This document shows, piece after piece, positions 57,361 through 64,000 of a stretch of DNA of 64,000 bases. A model generated the notes under the pieces. The model did not search any database, was not told where the DNA came from, and saw only the letters and a program-made list of their open reading frames with translations. The stretch comes from an uncultured Ectothiorhodospiraceae bacterium. Lineage in GTDB: Bacteria; Pseudomonadota; Gammaproteobacteria; UBA9214. Position 1 is the first letter of the stretch, and every line of letters begins with the position of its first letter. The stretch lies in assembly GCA_964443845.1 (NCBI GenBank), contig CAYUFA010000007.1, positions 742 through 64,741 on the forward strand, read 5' to 3'. A program made the position numbers and the translations under genes.

Positions 57361-58587
57361 CTACAACTGTGCCCGGCGACCGAGATCCGGTACGGGGTCG
57401 TGCGCGGTATAGTCGACCTCGGCAAAATCGATGCTGATCCGGTCACCGGCGATGGGGCGGAACAACCGGTTGGCGAATACCAGATGCTCGGGGTGCTCGC
57501 GATAGCTCGCGATGACGTCTTTATGGGCAAACTCCACGATCCAGCAGTACCGGAATCTGGGTTGTTCCGACACCGCCCAGCCGGTAACTACCCGGCGCAC
57601 GCCCGGGATGGCCGCCAGCGTCTCGGCGCCGCGTGCCATCATGGCGTCGACCCGGGACTCCGCACCAGACTCGACGTTGTAGATGATGACATGCTGTACC
57701 GGTTGCCAGGCCCGGCACTGCATGAGCACCTCTGCGGCGCGCCCGGCAGAACCCCACATGTGCATGCAGCGCTCGACCTCGGCGCGGATCCGTGCGCGGA
57801 TGTTTTGCACCAGCCCGGTGTAGCCGCAGCGCGCGTCGGCGCGCGCATTCTCGCGGATGCACTGTCCGGCGGCATCGGCGAGCGCCGTGTAGTAGTTGAT
57901 CTTGGCCACGCCTGCGCTAATCAGCCGGCGATACTGGTCTTCGCTCAGGCCGGTGCCGCCGTGGAGGGCGAGGGGCAGGCGCACGGCCGAGTTGATACGC
58001 TTGAGACGCTCGAAGTCCAGCCTGGGCCGTCCACGCATGCGCCCGTGCACGGTCCCGATGGAGACCGCCAGGCAATCCACGCCGGTTCGCTCCGCATACG
58101 CCCTGGCTTCCGCGACCGACGTGTACACGGTTGCGCCGGGATGCCTTTCCGCGTCCTCTCCCTCGCAGCCCGCCACGTACCCCAGTTCCCCCTCCACGGT
58201 AATCCCGCAGCGGTGTGCGGTCTCGACGACCTGCCGGGTCCGGGCCACGTTGACGGAAAACGCCTCGTTCGAGGTGTCGACCATGACGCCGTTGCAACCG
58301 AGGTTGATGGCACGCACCGCGGATTCGAGCGTTGCGCCATGATCCAGGTGAATGGCAACCGGTACCCGGGCACGGCGTGCCGCCTGCTCGGTCGCCGCCA
58401 GCGCCAGCTCGAAGTCGTAATGTTCGAAGTGCGACTCGGCCAGGCTGAGGATGACCGGAGAACGGCACTGTTCCGCGGCCTCCAGGATCGCTTCCAGGAA
58501 GTCCAGGCTGACCAGGTCAAAGCCACCGACCGCGTACTTGTTGCGATAGGCATGGTTCAGCATGTCACTCATATCAACCAGAGGCAT
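57361..58587 (-). CDS. class II (metal-dependent) ketose-bisphosphate aldolase fused to a C-terminal Dabb (stress-responsive alpha/beta barrel) domain
   Basis: N-terminal about 285 aa has IHLDHG, VEGELGYVAG, AVSIGTVHG and LALHGGTG blocks matching the FbaA/GatY/KbaY family. Residues about 300-400 (VQHVIIYNVESGAE...WIVEFAHKDVIASYREHPEHLVF) have the Dabb pattern. Single uninterrupted ORF. Confidence 0.7.
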   Translation of the reverse strand: MPLVDMSDMLNHAYRNKYAVGGFDLVSLDFLEAILEAAEQCRSPVILSLAESHFEHYDFELALAATEQAARRARVPVAIHLDHGATLESAVRAINLGCNGVMVDTSNEAFSVNVARTRQVVETAHRCGITVEGELGYVAGCEGEDAERHPGATVYTSVAEARAYAERTGVDCLAVSIGTVHGRMRGRPRLDFERLKRINSAVRLPLALHGGTGLSEDQYRRLISAGVAKINYYTALADAAGQCIRENARADARCGYTGLVQNIRARIRAEVERCMHMWGSAGRAAEVLMQCRAWQPVQHVIIYNVESGAESRVDAMMARGAETLAAIPGVRRVVTGWAVSEQPRFRYCWIVEFAHKDVIASYREHPEHLVFANRLFRPIAGDRISIDFAEVDYTAHDPVPDLGRRAQL

Positions 58588-58655
58588 GGATAGTTCCCCC
58601 GTATCTGCAGCTGCATGGAATGTCGTTGACCGTTCCCGGACGGTATTGCGGGTTA

Positions 58656-58988
58656 TCAGAAATCATCCCCTTCCTCATCGCCGCTGTCCGAAGGGTCGAG
58701 ATCCGCGTCGTGCTGCACGATCGCCCGGCCCAGGTCGGTGAGCGAGTCGTGCAATGCGGCCAGTGCCGCGTCCTGCGCTTGTGCAAACCGCAATCCCAGG
58801 TCACCCTGCAACGCGGCCAGCCGGTCCAGCAACTGGCCTTGCGGGTCGATCGGTCCGGTCGCCCAGCCGACCATGTCGGCAAAGGCATACACCTCGCGTG
58901 CCAGGGCCTCGTAACGCACGCTGTCTGCACCGGTCTGCGCGACCGTGTTGATCGCGCGCAGGAGTTCGGGCAGGCGCATCACGGACAT
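58656..58988 (-). CDS. small hypothetical protein with strongly acidic C-terminal tail (...DLDPSDSGDEEGDDF)
   Basis: 110-aa ORF from ATG (MSVMRLPELL...) 16 nt downstream of the cbbX stop. No family recognised. The ORF-track version (to 59060) overlaps cbbX. Confidence 0.45.
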   Translation of the reverse strand: MSVMRLPELLRAINTVAQTGADSVRYEALAREVYAFADMVGWATGPIDPQGQLLDRLAALQGDLGLRFAQAQDAALAALHDSLTDLGRAIVQHDADLDPSDSGDEEGDDF

Positions 58989-59004
58989 AGCGTCGCCGCG
59001 TCGG

Positions 59005-59928
59005 CTACTGCGGGTCCCGATCGAGCTTGCCGTCCTGGAAAACGCGGCTTGCGAGCACATCCTCTGCCTCGATGGTCATCAGGTCTTCCCGGGTCATGGG
59101 TCCGGAACGCCGTCCGAACAGCCGGTTCGCCTGGCGCAGGCGCGCCCGGTCCAGCGCGTTGCGCACCGAGCGGGCGTTGGCAAAATGGTCGAGCTTCATG
59201 CGCAGCTCCAGATAGCGGGTGAAGGCCTCCTCGGCCGCCGCGCTGAACTGGTAATTCTGGCCGGCCAGCATGAGCTTCGCGATCGACAGCAACTCCCCGG
59301 GCTGATAGTCCGGGAAGTCGATGTGGTGGGCGATGCGTGAACGCATGCCCGGGTTGGACTGGAAGAACCGGTCCATCTTGTCCTTGTATCCCGCGAGGAT
59401 GACCACCAGGTCGTCCCGGTTGTTCTCCATGACCTGCAGCAGGATCTCGATCGATTCCGCACCGTAGTCCCGCTCGTTCTCCGGCTTGTACAGGTAGTAC
59501 GCCTCGTCGATGAACAGCACGCCCCCCATGGCCTTCTTGATGACTTCCTTGGTCTTGGGCGCGGTGTGCCCGATGTACTGTCCGACGAGGTCATCGCGCG
59601 TGACCGTCACCAGGTGCCCCTCGCGCACGTAGCCGAGCCGTTTCAGGATCTCGCCCATGCGCATGGCAACCGTGGTCTTGCCGGTGCCGGGATTGCCGGT
59701 GAAGCACATGTGCAGCGTCGGTGTCTCCGAGGTGAGTTCGAACTGCCTGCGCAGCCGGTCGACCAGCAGCAGGGCGGCGATTTCGCGAATGCGGGTCTTG
59801 ACCGGAACGAGCCCGACCAGTTCGCGGTCCAGCTTGTCGAGTACTTCCTGGATATTGGATGTGCGGAACTCGGCCTCGAGATCCACCTGGTCGCCGGCCA
59901 TGCCGGCCAACGGTTCTGCCTCGTTCAT
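59005..59928 (-). CDS. cbbX: red-type RuBisCO activase CbbX (AAA+)
   Basis: Starts [12 protein letters not shown]. Walker [14 protein letters not shown] and Walker [12 protein letters not shown], plus the [15 protein letters not shown]...[30 protein letters not shown] block, nearly identical to the remembered R. sphaeroides CbbX. Directly downstream of cbbLS. Confidence 0.9.
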   Translation of the reverse strand: MNEAEPLAGMAGDQVDLEAEFRTSNIQEVLDKLDRELVGLVPVKTRIREIAALLLVDRLRRQFELTSETPTLHMCFTGNPGTGKTTVAMRMGEILKRLGYVREGHLVTVTRDDLVGQYIGHTAPKTKEVIKKAMGGVLFIDEAYYLYKPENERDYGAESIEILLQVMENNRDDLVVILAGYKDKMDRFFQSNPGMRSRIAHHIDFPDYQPGELLSIAKLMLAGQNYQFSAAAEEAFTRYLELRMKLDHFANARSVRNALDRARLRQANRLFGRRSGPMTREDLMTIEAEDVLASRVFQDGKLDRDPQ

Positions 59929-60001
59929 GATTTGCCTCTGCCGTTCATCGTGAAGGCGGGCGGCGCGTCGTACCGACCGTGCCGCCCGCAGGGGCAACGG
60001 T

Positions 60002-60436
60002 TCAGTAGCGTTCCATTTCCGGCCTGTCGGCTGCGTAGGCATGCAGGGTGTAGCGCATCATGCGGCCTTCCGCTTCCTGCCGCACCAGCCCGAAGCCCGG
60101 CTCCTGCTGCGGACGATTGACGAGGTACGACATGGCCGGGCTCTCCGTGCCACGCGCCGAATTGAACGCAGTGACGCGAATGTAGTGATGCGGAAAGGTC
60201 TTGCGGCAGTTGTTGATCTCCATCAGGATGCCCGCGGGATCCCTGAGGTCGAACATCGGGTTGCCGAACATTTCCCAGTACGTGTTGCGCGGGTGCGGGT
60301 CGTCGGTGTACTCGACGCTGACGGCCCAGCCGTGGTCCAGCGCGTACCTGATCTGCCTGGTGATCTGCTCGTCGGTCAGGTCCGGCAGGAAGGAAAACTG
60401 TCCCTGGGTCAGACGATTGCCTGGATTGGTCATCAT
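60002..60436 (-). CDS. cbbS: RuBisCO small subunit (red-type, with C-terminal beta-hairpin extension)
   Basis: About 143-aa small subunit ([25 protein letters not shown]...), longer than green-type subunits. Spaced 21 nt after cbbL. Confidence 0.85.
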   Translation of the reverse strand: MMTNPGNRLTQGQFSFLPDLTDEQITRQIRYALDHGWAVSVEYTDDPHPRNTYWEMFGNPMFDLRDPAGILMEINNCRKTFPHHYIRVTAFNSARGTESPAMSYLVNRPQQEPGFGLVRQEAEGRMMRYTLHAYAADRPEMERY

Positions 60437-60457
60437 GGTGTGCTCTCCTCTTTCGCG

Positions 60458-61951
<1,494 letters not shown>

Positions 61952-62088
61952 TCAGAATTGAGTAGGTTGTGATGCGCACACCTCGTCCACTTGCACCAGC
62001 CTGCTCCGGCCTGGGGTGACCTTCCGTGCGCACCCGTATGCTGCCGAATCTAATGTATAAATAAAAATCAATATAAATGATAATAACG

Positions 62089-62104
62089 ATAGATTATTAT
62101 CTAT
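62089..62104. promoter_or_regulatory. inverted repeat ATAGAT-TATT-ATCTAT in the AT-rich cbbL-cbbR divergent control region
   Basis: Perfect 6-bp arms seen directly, 20 nt upstream of the cbbR ATG, inside an about 70-bp AT-rich tract (62051-62110). Fits the LysR T-N11-A operator class. No binding data. Confidence 0.45.
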
Positions 62105-62124
62105 GATACAGCGCGGGGTCGGGA

Positions 62125-63051
62125 ATGCGTCACAGCACGTTGCGTCAACTGGAGGTGTTTGCCGCCATCGCGCGGCTGGGCAGTTTCACGCGCGCCGCCG
62201 AGGAACTGTTTCTGACCCAGCCGACGGTGTCGATGCAGATCCGGAAACTGACGGACGCGGTCGGGGTGCCGCTGTTCGAGCAGGTCGGCAAGAAAATCTA
62301 CCTGACGGATGCCGGGCGTGAACTGCAGCGGACCTGCCGGGAGATCTTTTCCCAGCTCGAACGCTTCGAGATGTTCGTGGCCGACCTGAAGGGACTGGAT
62401 ACCGGCACCCTGCGCCTGTCCGTGGTGACCACCGCGAAATACTTTATCCCGCGCCTGCTCGGGTCCTTTTGCCAGTTGCATCCCGGTATCGATGTTTCCC
62501 TCAAGGTATCGAACCGCGGACGCATCCTGGAGCGGATTGCCGAAAACGAGGATGACCTGTACATCTTCGGGCAGCCGCCGGAGGGGCTCGACGCCGTCGC
62601 CGAACCGTTCATGGAAAACCCGCTGGTGGTGCTGGCCCCGGCCGGGCATCCGCTCGCCGGTAAGAAGAAAATTGCGCTGGCCGAGCTGGCCAGGGAGCCG
62701 TTCCTGCTGCGCGAACCGGGTTCCGGCACGCGCATGGCCATCGAGCGGCTGTTTGCCGAACACAAGCTGTCGCTGCGGGTGCGCATGGAACTGGGCAGCA
62801 ACGAGGCGATCAAGCAGGCGATCGTGGGCGGTCTCGGTGTATCCGTGCTGTCCCGGCAGACGCTCGTGATGGATGCACCGTCCGGCCAGATCGTGATCCT
62901 GGATGTCGAGGGCTTCCCCATCGAACGACAATGGTACGTGGTCTATCCGTCCGGCAAGCAGCCCTCAGTGGTTGCCCGCGCGTTCCTCGAGCACCTGCGG
63001 CAGGAACCCGGGGTATCCGGGGCCCTGCCCGGCGCGCAGGGCCAACTCTGA
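62125..63051 (+). CDS. cbbR: LysR-family transcriptional regulator CbbR
   Basis: N-terminal wHTH (LRQLEVFAAIARLGSFTRAAEELFLTQPTVSMQIRKL) and a LysR substrate-binding domain. Transcribed divergently from cbbL, which is the canonical CbbR arrangement. Confidence 0.8.
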   Translation: MRHSTLRQLEVFAAIARLGSFTRAAEELFLTQPTVSMQIRKLTDAVGVPLFEQVGKKIYLTDAGRELQRTCREIFSQLERFEMFVADLKGLDTGTLRLSVVTTAKYFIPRLLGSFCQLHPGIDVSLKVSNRGRILERIAENEDDLYIFGQPPEGLDAVAEPFMENPLVVLAPAGHPLAGKKKIALAELAREPFLLREPGSGTRMAIERLFAEHKLSLRVRMELGSNEAIKQAIVGGLGVSVLSRQTLVMDAPSGQIVILDVEGFPIERQWYVVYPSGKQPSVVARAFLEHLRQEPGVSGALPGAQGQL

Positions 63052-63257
63052 AGATCCACCCGTGCGCAGGCACTGCCGGCCCTGCCCGGGGCTGCTGATC
63101 CCGTGCGGAATGCGGACGCTGGTTCCACACCGGCTGCGCGCGGGTACGGGCCCGGCAGCGCGGAACGGTTGCTACAGGTGTCAGGCGGCATACCGGCTCA
63201 GCCGGTTCCAGAGTATCCACGAGTGGCTGGCCACAAGCTGTTCATGCCCGGTCGGGC

Positions 63258-63767
63258 TCATTCGGCTCCCGGTCGGGCACGCCCGATTTCATCGAGTCTG
63301 CGTTGCAGCTTCAGGCCCTGGAGCTTGTCGAAAGGCAGGCTGACAAAGACCTTTATGCGGTTCTCAAGTACGGCGAAGGCTTGCCGGAACGCCATCATGC
63401 GTTGCCTTTCGTCGCCTTCGGCAGTGGCGGGATCGGCTACGCCCCAATACGCTGTCACGGGCTGTCCTGGCCAGACCGGGCACACTTCTGCGGCGGCCCT
63501 GTCGCACACGGTAAAGACAAAATCCATCGGGGGCGCCTGCGGCACCGCAAATTCATTCCAGCCCTTGCTGCGCAGATTCCTGGTTGGAAACCCCAGGCGA
63601 TCCAGCAAATCCAGCGCCATCGGGTTTACTTGCCCCGCGGGATGACTGCCGGCACTGAAGCCCTGGAACTTGCCCTGTCCCCAGTGGTTGATCAGTGCCG
63701 CACCGAAAATGCTGCGTGCCGAATTTCCCGTACATAAGAACAGTACATTGAAAACGTTCTCTGACAT
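63258..63767 (-). CDS. arsC: arsenate reductase ArsC (low-molecular-weight phosphatase / thioredoxin-coupled type)
   Basis: N-terminal LFLCTGNSARS (CX5R P-loop) and downstream Cys residues. 169 aa. Confidence 0.75.
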   Translation of the reverse strand: MSENVFNVLFLCTGNSARSIFGAALINHWGQGKFQGFSAGSHPAGQVNPMALDLLDRLGFPTRNLRSKGWNEFAVPQAPPMDFVFTVCDRAAAEVCPVWPGQPVTAYWGVADPATAEGDERQRMMAFRQAFAVLENRIKVFVSLPFDKLQGLKLQRRLDEIGRARPGAE

Positions 63768-64000
63768 TGCATCTGTCCCTCACCAGATTACCCGTGCATT
63801 CGTCAAACCCGGTCCCAAGGGGTTGCGCCTGAAAACCGGCCCTGCTGTGTTACCCCGCTTGCCCGTACAATGAGTACCGTGCAGCGCGGGGCGCCTTGCC
63901 GCACCGGATTTCAGTCAGCAACGCGGCTCGTGCGGAATTTTGAGATCGGTTCTACCCACAATCCTCAATCTTCAGGCATTCTCGTACCAGCCCTTCGACG

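Noticed and set aside
63270-63300. Paired GCCCG/CGGGC and TCGGGC/GCCCGA hairpins near the cbbR-arsC convergence point.
   Set aside because: They lie inside the arsC coding region, so they are more likely coincidental GC-rich codons than a bidirectional terminator.
63768-64000. Possible 3' end of another minus-strand gene (stop complement near 63953-63955) upstream of arsC, which could be an arsR-like regulator.
   Set aside because: Only about 15 codons fall inside the window, too little to call.

Overview
The window is a high-GC (~65%) gammaproteobacterial chromosome segment made almost entirely of core housekeeping genes, in a Pseudomonas-like order: dapC and glnD-map (reverse strand), then rpsB-tsf-pyrH-frr-uppS-cdsA-dxr-rseP-bamA-skp-lpxD-fabZ-lpxA-lpxB-rnhB, dnaE-accA-tilS-pyrG-kdsA-(eno remnant)-ftsB-ispD-ispF-truD, surE-pcm-yqaA-nlpD-rpoS, aminotransferase-hom-thrC-hyp-recJ, prfB-lysS, mltD, yafS-rnhA-dnaQ. 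At the right end sits an autotrophy module: a red-type form IC RuBisCO (cbbL-cbbS) with its AAA+ activase cbbX, a divergent LysR regulator cbbR, flanked by an NhaD-type antiporter gene and arsC. Many adjacent genes overlap by 4-11 nt (ATGA/GTGA junctions), consistent with long translationally coupled operons. I found no rRNA, tRNA, CRISPR array, IS element or integrase, so the window does not hold an obviously novel multi-gene system. The most unusual items are: (1) the enolase gene at its conserved pyrG-kdsA-eno-ftsB position is reduced to a 135-aa double-deletion remnant; (2) downstream of cbbX there is an acidic-tailed small ORF and a class II aldolase fused to a Dabb (stress-responsive alpha/beta barrel) domain; (3) a lower-GC secreted S8 subtilase with thrombospondin-type-3 Ca-binding repeats and a dockerin-like C-terminus is inserted after rpoS, followed by about 325 bp of unassigned sequence carrying a start-less coding-like ORF tail; (4) prfB has the classic programmed +1 frameshift site, which the ORF track misses; (5) a membrane GGDEF cyclase is inserted antisense between rnhB and dnaE. 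Several gene starts (truD, skp, nlpD, the thrC-recJ hypothetical) are ambiguous by a few codons. All functional calls rest on reading the translated ORFs against remembered family sequences; no database search was run.
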